DNA from: Vicugna vicugna | Taxonomy: Eukaryota | Assembly: GCA_013265495.1 (NCBI GenBank) | Contig: MU057809.1 | Span: 558,001 to 622,000, forward strand | Length of the DNA: 64,000 bases | Direction of reading: 5' to 3' | In this document: piece by piece, positions 24,001 through 36,000 of the stretch | Layout of the letters: every line of letters starts with the position of its first letter | Position numbering within the stretch: the first letter of the stretch is position 1 | The notes under the pieces: generated by a model | Databases searched by the model: none | What the model saw: the letters and a program-made list of their open reading frames with translations, nothing else | Told to the model about the DNA's origin: nothing | Translations under genes and position numbers: made by a program

Positions 24001-27000
24001 TGGCGGACTCGTGCCAGCTCCTGGCCCAGAGCCTGCTGCAGCGCGAGGGCAGCAGGGCGGGCGCTGGAGCTTGGCCACCGCGGGCCTGGGCTCAGCGGGA
24101 AGATCTGGGGAAGAGGGGGCAGTCAGAACCGCGTGGCCAGAAGGTGGGGGCACTCAGCCTTCCCAGCGGAGGCCTCCTCACCCTGCCTCGACCTGCCAGG
24201 GGCTGCCCAGTCCCCACCAGACTCTCCCAGGGGGAGTCGGTTGGGGGCCAAGGACTCCAGAAGGGCCTGCAGGGGACATAGCTCCGGGGTGAGGCAGCAG
24301 ACGTGCCCCTGACCCTACAGATTTCGGCTTCTCCATTCGTGACTGGTACTGGCCTCGGGTGGGGGACAGTGGGGACGGGCCCGGGCCCAGGACACTGTCT
24401 GTGGAAGAGCATCTGTCCACGTGTACACCTGAGGACACTGCACGCACACAGTGCGTAAGTGTGACAGCGTGAACCAAGGCACAAGGGCTCTGCACTCAGT
24501 GTCCCCGTGAGGAGGGGTGAGGATGGTGCAGAGAGGGCCCCCGGCTGGGCTCCAGGGTAAGACCCCTCTCTGCGGGCGGGAGGGCAGGGGTCCCGTACCT
24601 GCAGAAGTATGCTGGCCAAGTCGTCCTCGGGGCCGAGCACCCGCACCTGAGTCACGGCCCGGGTCCTGCCCTGGCCCGGCGGCTGCTCTGGGCTGCCTTT
24701 GGGTTTCGGCACCTCTGCACTGTCTGCAGGGATGGAGCAGGTGTCAGCTGGAACCTCTTCCTAGCCAGTTTCAGCAGGAGCCACGCCAACCAAGGCCAGT
24801 CTCGCCGGGGGGCCCACCGCCCAGGGAGGAGCCCGCTCACAGGCCCTGCAGAGGGGCTGACCCCTGGGACCCTGGCCTCACACAGGCCTGCCGAGGCCCA
24901 CAAGGAGTGGGCTGATAAAGAGGCGCTGGGACACTGCCGGCGGCAAGCGCTTCCTGAGCAGCGTGCGCGAGTCGGGGCGGGGCTGGCTGCTACCTCGCCG
25001 GGCGGGCAGGGCGGCTGTGAGCAGTGAGTGGAAAGTCTGGCCTCCGGACGCCCCTCGTTCGTGCTGAACCTCCACCAGGTGAGCCATGTAGTCTGTGAAG
25101 CAGCAACCGGGGTAAACATAGGCCCCACAGGAAGGAGAGCTCTCCTCTCCAGAGAAACCTGCAGTAGGGGGACACACCCCAGGCTCCCTCACCGGCCCCA
25201 CACCCTCTAATCTCCAAGGAACAGAGACCTGGGCAGCTGGACAGGTGCCCCAGCGTGCCCCCGGCCCGGCCCCCGCGCCTCCCCCGGCCCCGGCCCTGCC
25301 CCCGCGCGGCCCGCCCTCACTCTTATCCATGATGTTCTGCTCCAGGGTCTGGGGGTCGTGGGCCACCGCCTGGTCCAGGTACTGGAGCAGCTTGCTCATG
25401 CTGGACACGGGGATGCCGAAGGACTGCACGAACAGCAGCAGCTGCTGGGGCTCCAGGTCCTGCAAGGCTGAGAGCACGGCCCCCTCAGCAACCCCAAGGG
25501 GAGGGGCCCCTGGGGGGCCGGCCCCTCCCACGTCACGAGGCCGCAGCCAGCCCTGCGTGCCCTCCCGCTGGACCCCAGCTCCCTGGGGTCAGCGGCGGCT
25601 CCCTACACTCCGCGTCCAGGCTCCTCCAAGCGCGTCCTCGCTGCGCACCCAGGTTAGCCCTCCTCCCCCGCCAAGCTGCGTCCCAAACCGCCTGGCCTGC
25701 CGCCCCGCGGGGTGCTGCTCCAGCCCCTACTGGTGCCCCCTCCTCGCTACAGGCCACCGACACCCCCACCAAACCAGCTCAGAGGCCCTAGCCCTTCCCT
25801 GCTTCCTTCCCAACTCTAGGACTGCTTGCTCTTTGTCCCTCCTCCGGCACTGGGCCCTCCCACCTGACCGCTGGGGCTCACGGGCAGGGTCAGTGCAGGC
25901 CCTGGGCCCTCCCTGGCATGCTGACAGCTCTGCGGAGCCTGCTGAATAACAGACACCCCGGAACCCACAAGAGGCCCCGAGCTGTCCTCCCTGCCAGAAC
26001 ACACACACCCCGGCCGGCTCCTGGCCTGGCCTGGACCCCCGGCCGTACCAGCGTCCACTAGGCGCGGGACCTCCGAGCGGATCATGCGCAGCTTCAGCCA
26101 GTCAGGCAGCAGAAGCGCCTCCTCCGATGTGTCCACCAGGAAGGCTGTGGGCAGAGGCTTCTTCTCCGGAAACCAGATGTCCAACAGCGCCCGGAACTCA
26201 CCGTCACCAGCTTCAGGAGAGAACACAGAGTGGGCTCTGTGAGGCCTTCCCAGACCTCGGCATCCAAGGGGCCCGGCCACACGGACGGCTGAGAGCCAAG
26301 GCTGGGAGGGCCAGCGTGTTTGTTTAGAAGGCGGTCCTGGGCTGTGGAGGGACACGGAAGGCTCCGCTGAGGGCCGGGCCGGGCGCACCCACCCGCCCAA
26401 AGCTTCGCGCAGGTAAGTAACTTGTCTAACCCTCGTAACTGCTGCCTCGCCCCACCCCATGGTGGAGAAAGCGACGGCAGAGAAACTGGCCAGGCTGCCC
26501 AGGGGACTGCACGTGGCCCGGGCCACACGCTCTCTGGGCTCTGTGGGCTCGGATGAACCAGCTCCTTCCAGCGCTCGGGCTCCAAGTCCCGGGAAGCCGA
26601 CAGGCCAGGCAGCATCAGGCCAGCCCCCCTCACCACCCACAGCTCGCCGAGTCCTGGCAGGGGTCACCTTCCCGGCACAGCCCACAGGGCACCAGTCCCA
26701 GCAAAGGGTCCCAGCCTCCCCACCACTCTCGGATACGAGTGAGTGGTGGAGCTGTCCGCAGCGGTCAGGACGGTGGATGACAGGAGGGGAGGCTGCCGGA
26801 GGATCCCCCGGCTCTGGACACAGCCCACAGCCCACAGCCAGCGAGTCGAGGGCCACACCCCAAGGCCCGTGGAGAGGACCTGGACCTCACTGGCCTGGCC
26901 CCAGGGTTCCCTCAACTGGGCAGCCCCCCGCGGACACCTCCACCTCCAGAAACTGCCATCTGCCAAGCAGCTGGGCCAAAAAAGTAAGGAGCAGGCACGG

Positions 27001-30000
27001 AAGGCGTCTGGTGCCGACCACGTGCTCCCAGCGATGGGACAGCATGGGGGCCAAGGTGGCAGGAGTGTGCAAACCACCGGCCTGTCCACCTGTGGGGCAG
27101 CAGTACATGAGGCCCCGTGTGGGGATCTCACGTGCTCCCTGGGGTGCACTCGGACAGGCAGGGGAGGGCATCCACCGCCACTCTGCGGGAGACCTGGCGC
27201 CCCCAACCCTGCCTGCGGGCTGCTCACCGCGGGGTGGCCCCAGCGTCAGGAGGATGACCATGGCGTGGACCACCAGGATGTGCATGGTGGCTGTCTCCCC
27301 ACTGGTCCAGCGAAGGAAGACCTGGTCCTGTGACTCTGACTGGAAGAGGAGAAGGGGTGAGCAGGCCGAGGCGAGGACCCCGAGGGCCCGGGATGCCCGA
27401 CCGCCGCCGTACCCAGCTGTAGACCTCCTCGCCCTCCTTGCTCTTGCGCATGCGCCGCACATAGCGGGAGAAGATGGCCAGCAGGGCGACCAGCACGGCA
27501 TCCGACTCGGCGCTGCAGGAGCGCTTGGAGAAGAGGTGGGACATGACAGTGGAGCGCTCCACGACCAGCCGAGCCACGTCCTGCGGCAGGGTGGGAGGGC
27601 GTGGCGTCAGAGGGCTCCCATGCTCTCCGCATCCCGGCCGGTGCAGCTGCCACACCCGCGGGGCCCCCAGCTGCACAGGGCCACAGCCAGCCAGGCTCCC
27701 TGGGAGGGACGGCGGCATGAAGAGGGCGTGAGCCACGGGAAGCACAGGCACCAGCCCTGAGCGGCAGGAGTCCGGGTTTCTCAAGACCCAGGGGGAAAGG
27801 CTGTCTGCAGGCAGCAGATGCTGTGTATCTGAGCCCTGCAGCCGGGATGCGGGGCAGGGATGCAGGGCAGGCCAGCCCCTGGACCAGTCAGAAGAGCAAG
27901 ACCTCAAAAGCCCCGAGGCCTGGGCTTCTCTCATTGTCCAGTTCTGGGAGAGGAACCCAGACTCAGACAGATCCCCCTGCCCATTGACCTTTGTCCTCTG
28001 CCCAACCCCTCGTCCCCTCCACTTGTCCATTCCGCAGGAACCCTGTCACTGTCGGCCAACAAGTGGGCGGGAGAGCAAGGTCAGAACCTTCTGACCAGGA
28101 AAGAGCAGGACAGGAGAGGTAACAGACATGCGCCCAGCTCACAGCGCCCTACCCAGAGGGACCCCGTGGACCCCTGCCGCAGAGACTCCTGGGTCAGTCC
28201 CCCGCCCTCCCAGAGCCCAGAGTGACCAGAGCAGCACCTGCGTCTCCTGCCCTTAACCCCTGCTCTGGACAGGTCACCAAAAAGGCAGCCGGGCGCTCAG
28301 AGCCCACAGTCAAGATGCAGCCGTCTGCCCTGACCAGGCCTGGCCACTGAGTCCCCTCGCCCCGCCCCTCACCAGGGCCAGGTCGCTGTGCTGGCCCTGT
28401 TCCTCCACGGGCGTGTGCTGGGACAGGTAGACCAGATAGGCGCTGATGGTCTGCGGGTCAGTCTCCATGTGGATGGCCTGGGGAGAGGGCTGTGTGAGCG
28501 CGCCCCAGGCAGTCGGCCCGCCCCGCCCCCGCACGGCGCCCTCACCTGCTGCAGCGCCAGGGCGGTGGTGGTCCTCACACTGTCGAACAGGGGCAACCTG
28601 GGCAGGTCCCGCAGCAGCCACTGGTAGCCCTGCAGCGCGTCCGTGTCCCCCGCGTCCTCCTCCAGGGGCGGCTCCTTCTCCTCCCCGTCGCGCAGGCTGC
28701 CCTCCGAGAGCACCAGGGACAAGCCCTACAAGCAGACGGGTGCTGGGCCTCACCCCTGTGCCCCCCGGCTCCCTTGCAGCCCAGGGGCGGGGACGCAGCA
28801 GGAGGGATCCCAGCCACTCTCAGGACGGGCTGCCACCACCCAGGGAAGCACCCCCAGGCGAGGGAGAAAGGCTCTGGTTCTCGCAAACTTCACTACCGTT
28901 TCCCCTCTAAGCACGAGTCAGCTAGAACAACCACCCAGGTGGGAACGAGCACTCGCTTTGACAAGAGAAGAGAAGCCCAGGCAGGGGAGGGCAGGGGACC
29001 AGCCGCCGAGTCACCTTCATGGCCAGCACCCTGGAGGCCACCTGGGAGGAGCCGAGGCGCCGCAGGAAGTAGTCCAGCACCTCACACGTGGTCTGCTCGT
29101 CAGCCTTGGGGCCCAGCAGGAGGTCCTGCAGGCGGCCCAGGAGCTGCCGCTGCTTCTGTTGCCTCTGCAGGGGCGAGGGGGACCTTCAGGCGGGCCTCCA
29201 GGGCCGGTGGGGCGGGGGCGAAGGCAGGGGAGGGGCGGGCACCCACCTGCCGCTTCTTGGCCTTCTGCTCTTTGCTCTCGCCCTCCTCCTCCTCCTCCCC
29301 GGAAGCAGGGTCATCGGCCGCATCATGCAGCAAGAACTCGCACAGGCACTGCACGGGCAGCACATCCAGGGAGCCCTCGCTGGACTGCACCAGGTCGGCC
29401 AGCCAGGGCATGGACTGCGAGGAGGCCTGGGTGGGGCGGCGACACGGCTCTCTCCAGTTCAACCTGCCGCAGTCCCTGCGGACCCTTCTGCCCGCCCTCC
29501 CGCTGGGAACCCCAAGGCAGCCCGGAGTCCCACGTGCTCAGCCCGCCGGCCCCCTGTGGGGGCAGCACGTGGTGCCCCATAGTGGCCGTGGGGGCGGGCA
29601 TCATCTGCACACGGAGAGGCCAGTGGTGTGTGTCCCTCGCCCCCTGTGTGCCGTGCTCTGGCTGCGGCTTCAGTCAACGCCAGGGCCCGCTGACACCTGA
29701 GGGTCCCCGCCTGCCCTCCCCGGGGCCCAGCCCCTGGGGACCCGCCCCCCCGGACTCGCCTGTCTCTGAATGATGTTGAGCAGGAAGTCCGGGTTCCGGC
29801 TGCGACACAGCAGATGCCCAAGGCGGAGAGACTGGTTGAGGCCTTTCACCTGGTCCAGGATGTGAGGGGGTGGCCTCCGGGGGGGCCCTCTGCAAGTCCC
29901 AGGGACACGAGTGTGTCAAAGCCGTGAGTGCGACGCCTCACAAAGACGATGGCGGGTGGGTGAGGGTGGATCTGCAAGGGGCTGGCCGTCCTCCCGCCTC

Positions 30001-33000
30001 TCCCAGCCCCGCTGAGGAGGCTCCCGGCTTCACCGCAGGGCTCACCGCCCTGGTGGAAACGCAGGCCAGCGGCCGGGGGCTGGGGCGCCAGGCACCTGGG
30101 GGCCGCTCCTCCAGCCTGGGCCCCCACCCTCCACCTGCCCATCCCCGCTCAGCCCCGCGGGCCTGCAATGCCTACTGGGGGTCCAGGCTGGTGAGCTGAG
30201 ACAGGAGGAGACTGCTGCTCTCGGTGATGGTCTGCTTGGTGGAAGCAGCCGCCAGGTGCCCCTCGAAGGCCAGGATCTCCTGCTTCTCCCGCTGAGAGAT
30301 CTGCAGCTCCCGGTTGACCATCTCAGTCCGGGTCTCCTCGTCCGTTAGGGTGCACGGCGGGTAGGAGTAATTGCTGGGGCCAAGCAGGAGAGCTCGTTTC
30401 CACACCGTCAGACGCACTCAGGGTGGGGGTCAAGACTCACGACAGCGTCCCTCACCCAGTGCACAGCACAAGCCCTCAAGTGGCAGGGGGTACCCGGGGC
30501 TGGGGGCGGGGGGACATCGGCAATGTGGTCACAGTCAGACCTCAGAGCCCACGCCCAGCTGCCCCCTCCCTTCACATGACAGCATGCAGGCTGACGACAG
30601 GCTGACGTGGTCAGGATCCTGGACCCAGAGCAGCAACCAACCAGGATGCCCACACCACGGTCCCTTCCAACCAGCCACACAGCCCAAGGCACACAGGGCA
30701 TCCCCAGGCTGACTCGGGGCTGGACTACTCTCAGTCTGAAATCCAGTCTAGTTTCCTGCGATGGCTACCCTCTGGGGGCTGTCCTTAAGCCCCCAAGTCA
30801 GTTCCTGGGTCAGAGAGAGGACGGCTGGCAGAGATGCAAGGGAGCAGAACTTCCGTCCCCAGCCTCTGGCCACGTGCACCCAGTCCCTGCTCTCATAGGT
30901 AGGTGTACACACACATACACACACACTCCCTGCCCCGCCCTGGCACGGCAGAGACCAGCGCTCAGCAGACAGACTCAGAAACCAAAGCCACGACAGGAGG
31001 AGGCCGGGCAGCACAGAGAAGGGAGAGGCCTCAGGGCAGCCGGACCCCCGCGCGCCCCGCTGCCAGCGCTGTGCCTGCGGCCCCGCAGCCGCGAGCCGCT
31101 TACTTGGTCATCACCATCTCCATGAGCATCTTCAGCGTGGGATACTCCTCCCAGGCAGCCAGGCCTAGGGGGCAAGGGCACAACACGTGGCAGCTAGGGC
31201 ACAGCACTCCTACGTGGTCACCCGCTGGTCCCTGAGAGCCACCCCTGCCCAGCTCGTCATCCAGGCCCCAGCCAGGCTCTGCTCCAGGTCCTGACGAGCA
31301 GGATGCCCCCCAGGAGAAAAGGTCAACAGCAGCCAAGGTGACCACAGCGGGCCAGAGGGGGCTCACCGATGTTCTCTGGGTTGAAGGCGGCAACAACCAG
31401 CAGGAGGGGCCACGCCTTCCAGTAGAGGGTGGAGATGGCGAGGTTCGGAGGCTGATACCTGAAACACAAGGTGTCCACAGCTCGGCCTGCCACACGTGGT
31501 CAAAGAGAGGACTCGGTCTGGGCTGGGTGGCAAGGCGCAAAGAGGTTGGCCAGTGACCACCTCACAGGTCGTAAGGTCGGTAGCTCCCCTCTGGGACTGC
31601 TCAGAGCCTGCCCCAGGGACCGCACCCCAGCTCCGAGCTTCTAGCCTCAGCCTCCCACCTGTGAAACGGGAACGTAATAAAGTAGTAACGCTCGATAACG
31701 TTAGTCATCGTGACTGTCCTTCACATCAGAAAGCCAGAAAACGCCCCAGCACCCACCCACACGTAACCGTAATGGCAGCCAGAGGTCACGCAGGTCGCAA
31801 TCACGATCAAGGCACAGCCTGTGCAGATGATGAAACAGGAAGCGGCTAAGCGGTTGCCAGAAAGGAGGACACAGATCAGAGACACCAACTTGGCAGCGCT
31901 CCCCAACCAGTCCCAGCTGGCTGTCCTGTGGACATCAGCAAGACGACCCTAAACTTCACACAGCGACACAAGGACCCAGAAGAGCCAAACTGATCTTGAC
32001 AAAGAGCAAAGTGGAGGACTCGCACTTTCCAAGTTCAAAAGCCCAGCACAACAGTCCAGCAACGAAGACTCTGAGGCAGGAATGAGGACAGGTATGCAGG
32101 TGAGTGAGCACAGCTCAGGGTCCAGCACAGGTGGTCAAAGGTGCTGCAGGTCAGCTGCCGAGCGACAAGGGTGCTGACCTTTAACAGGGGGCGGTCGCTT
32201 CAACAGCGATGCTCGGGCAGCCAGGCACCCGCGGGGAGGGATGAAGTCGGGCCACACTTCCCACCACAGACCAGCAAACTCAAAACGGGTAACAGACTAA
32301 GGGTCAGGACGTACACTGCAGGAGTTTCAGCAGAAAACACAGGAGCAGGTTTGTGACCTTAGATGCAGCAATGGTTTCTTAGACATGACACAAAAACCCA
32401 AGAAACCGAAGAAAAACAAATCAGACCGTATCAGGATTGAAACCTTCTGTGACCCAGTCGACTGTGCTTCAATAAAGAACAAAACTAAAAAAAATGCAGA
32501 AACTGAAAAATAAGCCCCAAACAAGCAAAACAAAAAAGCCCCAGCAACCTTCTGTGTCTCAGAGGGCCCTGCTGAGGGATCTGCCTGCAGATCACAGATG
32601 TAACGATCCTGCGTCCAGAACGTACAGAGAGCTCTCACGACCCAGCAAGTATTCAAGTCACCCCCCGTAAGACTGGGCAAGGACCTGAGCACATTTCTCC
32701 ACAGCACACGTTCGAACGGCCCACAAGCACGAGCACAGACCCCCACTGCCACCGGCATCAGAGAAACGGAAGGCAACGCCAAGACGGGCTGCCGCGGCAC
32801 ACCCACTAAGCCGGCCGAGGTGCAAACGCTGGGCGATCAGCGTGGGGAGGAGGGGAGTCGGAGCAGCTCCTCCGAAGATTAACACGCGAGCCGGCAATTC
32901 TACTCCCGGGAGTCCCCGCGAGAACTGAGAAGGCACGTCTGCTCAGAGCGGACCCACGAGTTCCCAGCAGCACCGCTAACGGCGGTCAGAGTGGAAGCAG

Positions 33001-36000
33001 CCCGAGTGTCAACCAACTGAGTGGGTGGACAAAACTCGGGGCGTCCACACGGCGGCACGTTACTCGGCCACAAAGGGGGATTGAAGCAGATACAAACTGC
33101 AACCTGTGTGGACCCTGAACACACGATACTCAGTGAAAAAAGCCGGTCAAACCTCACAGCTCTAATTACACACAACTTCCAAAAAGGTCAGATCCACAGG
33201 GACTGAGCTGACGAGCGGCGTCACGGCTGTGTGTGGGGGTGGGGAGGCAGGCGGAGAGGAACGGCCAGCAGAGCGGGTCTCTTTAGGGGGACGATGTTCT
33301 AAACTTAGACTGATGACGGTTGCATAACCCGTGAAAGAACTAAACACACTGAGTCACAAGCTCTGAACGGGTGGAATGTGTGAGAACTGTATCCATAAGG
33401 TGGTTGTGGAAACAGCATAAGCTCACTGTTGTCTAGGAAACACCATGAGCGTGTTCACACACACAGAAAAACGGAGCTGAGTGACGGAGACACCGAAAAG
33501 GAGAGAATTCGGGGCACCAGGCCTTGGGTCGTCCACCGAGCAGTCTGGCCTCGCAGGTGTCCGCGACAGCCTCCAGGAGCCGGGGTGTGGGGAGCCAGGA
33601 GGGCGCCAGCCGAGTGGGCAGAGGCCGGGAAGAGGGCGCCCCATGCCCTGGGCCGGGGGGCTCCTTACCCCGGGGGCAGCTGGATGTTCTCCGGGTGGTG
33701 GTAGGTGCACAGGTTCAGGACGGCATCGATCAGCTGGATCCGCTCCACCTTCAGCACTTCCACATCTGAAACCCAAGAGCCACACGCAGGTTCCCTCAGT
33801 GGACGTCGACACCCAGGACTCGGGACATGGGACACGGAGAGCAAGGAGACCAACACAAGCAGGTGGAACGCAGAAGACATGCAAGGAGGTTAAGACGCCG
33901 CTGAGCCAGCCGGGGGACACAGAGGCTCCTCCCACCCTGTGGTGCTGGCTGGGTGGAAAGCAGGCAGGACTGTGGGGCAGAGCGGCCCGGCCGGCACTGG
34001 GAAGGGCGGGGACATGGGGACACGTGGTCTAGACCAGAAGCGCTGGGGCCAAGGCAGGGAGACAGCGATCTCAGGTCAGGGTAGGCCCCAGCCGCCACAC
34101 GAGGACTCAGGTCTGGGCCCGTCGGCCGCTCTAGACAGGGGACTGCTCTCCGCAAGGTCACTGAGGCAGCAGACAACCCCATGCTGAAGATCAAGCACAA
34201 GCCCCTGGTGAACCCCAAAACTGTGTGAGGCCGCTACCCAGGTCACCCGCACTGCCCGATGCCTAGAGATGTCACGTCTGCAGGGAGGGTGGTATGAGGG
34301 GCAGCGGAAACCTGGCTATGCAGAGGCAGGTGTGGCTGCTGCAGGGGTGGGCAGAAGGGCCTGGCAGTGGGAGGCTGTTTCCTGTGGGCAGCAGGCCCAT
34401 GCCCGAGACCCTCACCATCCGCCTGCACGGCTGCAGCCCGCTTCACCAGGTGGTCAGCCAGCTCCATGGCGTCAGCAGGGCCGAGCGGGAGCTCCCGCGA
34501 CAGCCCGATGACCAGGATGCGCATCAGCGTGTCCTCCAGGATGGGCACCTCCGAGCACAGGCGGAGGAAAAAGCTGGGGGCAGAGCGGGCACAGGCTGGG
34601 CCCTTGGGTACCCTCTCCACCCGTAGGCACTCCCCCACAGAGGAAATGCCTCAGCTCCACTTCTGTCAATGCCAGGAGGTGGCCGCCCACCCCCCCCATG
34701 GTCACCTATCCCCGGCACCTGTGTGGACTGGGCTCCACCATCCCAGGAAGAACGTGAGATGGTGCCTGGCCCTCAGGGGCTCACAGGCCAGCCTCATCCA
34801 CCAAACTGGGACACAGGTTGGGGTGAGATGACCCAGCTGGGTGGGCAGCAGGGCCCAAAGAGGAGACAGACAAGAGCCACATCTGTCAGAGGCACAGGGC
34901 AGGGGAGCCCTGGCTCAGGAGACAAAGCCACGACAGCACTCAGGGAGGGAGGACAGCTGCTTGGAAGTGAGGAGGGAGCGGGGTGCTGGGGACTCCCGGC
35001 GGTGGAGGTGGGGAGTCCCTGGGAGAGTGGAGGTGACTCTGCAGTGACCCCCTGCCTGCTTGGGGTTTGCGGGGTGGGACAGGAACGGGACCACCAAGAC
35101 CAGATGCGGGCCCTGGGCGGGCTAACCCTCCCCCCCAACACCGGGCAGCGGGGACGCACTTGCGGTCACTCTCGGGCGGCCAGTTGTCCCATTTGTAGTA
35201 CGTCTCCGGCTGCTCTGTGAAGAGCACCTTGTGGAGGCTGCGGGGCAGGGAGGGCTGTCAGGGCTGGTACCCAGGCTCCCCCGCCCATTAGCTCCCAAAC
35301 AGACGTGCGTCTCCCACGGGCTGGGAGGCTGCGTGTGTGAGGCTGGCTGCCTCCTGAGCTTGAGCCCCGCAGCACCTCTGGGGAGCCTGCAGCCCTCGCA
35401 ACAAGGCTGGAGGCTGGCGGGTGACAGAGGCCCCCCACTCCCAGCCAGACAGGACTCTGCCTCCCCTCCACCAGAAGGCCCTGCCTGGGGCTCTGACGCA
35501 CAGGAGGGACACTGCCGCCCACTGGCACCTCCGGCACTGGAGGGGCTGGTGTCAGGCAGTGAACAGGGTGGCTTGTCCCCTGTGAGGTGAGCCCTGTCGC
35601 TCGTCACCATCAGCCCAGGGAAGCAGCTGCCTGTCCTGCCCAGAGTCCCCAAGCAGAACAAAGCCGGGCCGCACCAGTGCACATAGTCCTTGGGGGCGAG
35701 TTTGCTGATGGAGGGGACGACGGTGTGGAGCCACCAGACGGCGTCCCGCTGGATTGCAGCGATCTGGTTCTGGAAGGAGCGCAGCACCTCGAGGTCTGAG
35801 AGGGATGGGAGGGTCATGGCGTGCCCACACGACAGCTGGAGGGTCTAGTTCGACGCCAGGAGCAGGGAGGGCAGCCTCGGGGCACAAGCAACCTGCCCAT
35901 CTGCAGGTCAGGGGCGCAGGCCGAGGCGGCGCGGGCCAGCTCTGCTGGGACGATGCTCAGCGAGCCCCAGTCACCCTCACAGTTGAGGACCACGTGTGAG

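Noticed and set aside
26459-27760. 433-aa plus-strand ORF (likewise 28643-29773, 22502-23521, 20485-21327)
   Set aside because: Antisense shadows of GC-rich INTS1 exons and introns; low-complexity P/G/R/A composition, no recognisable domain; stops are rare at this GC content
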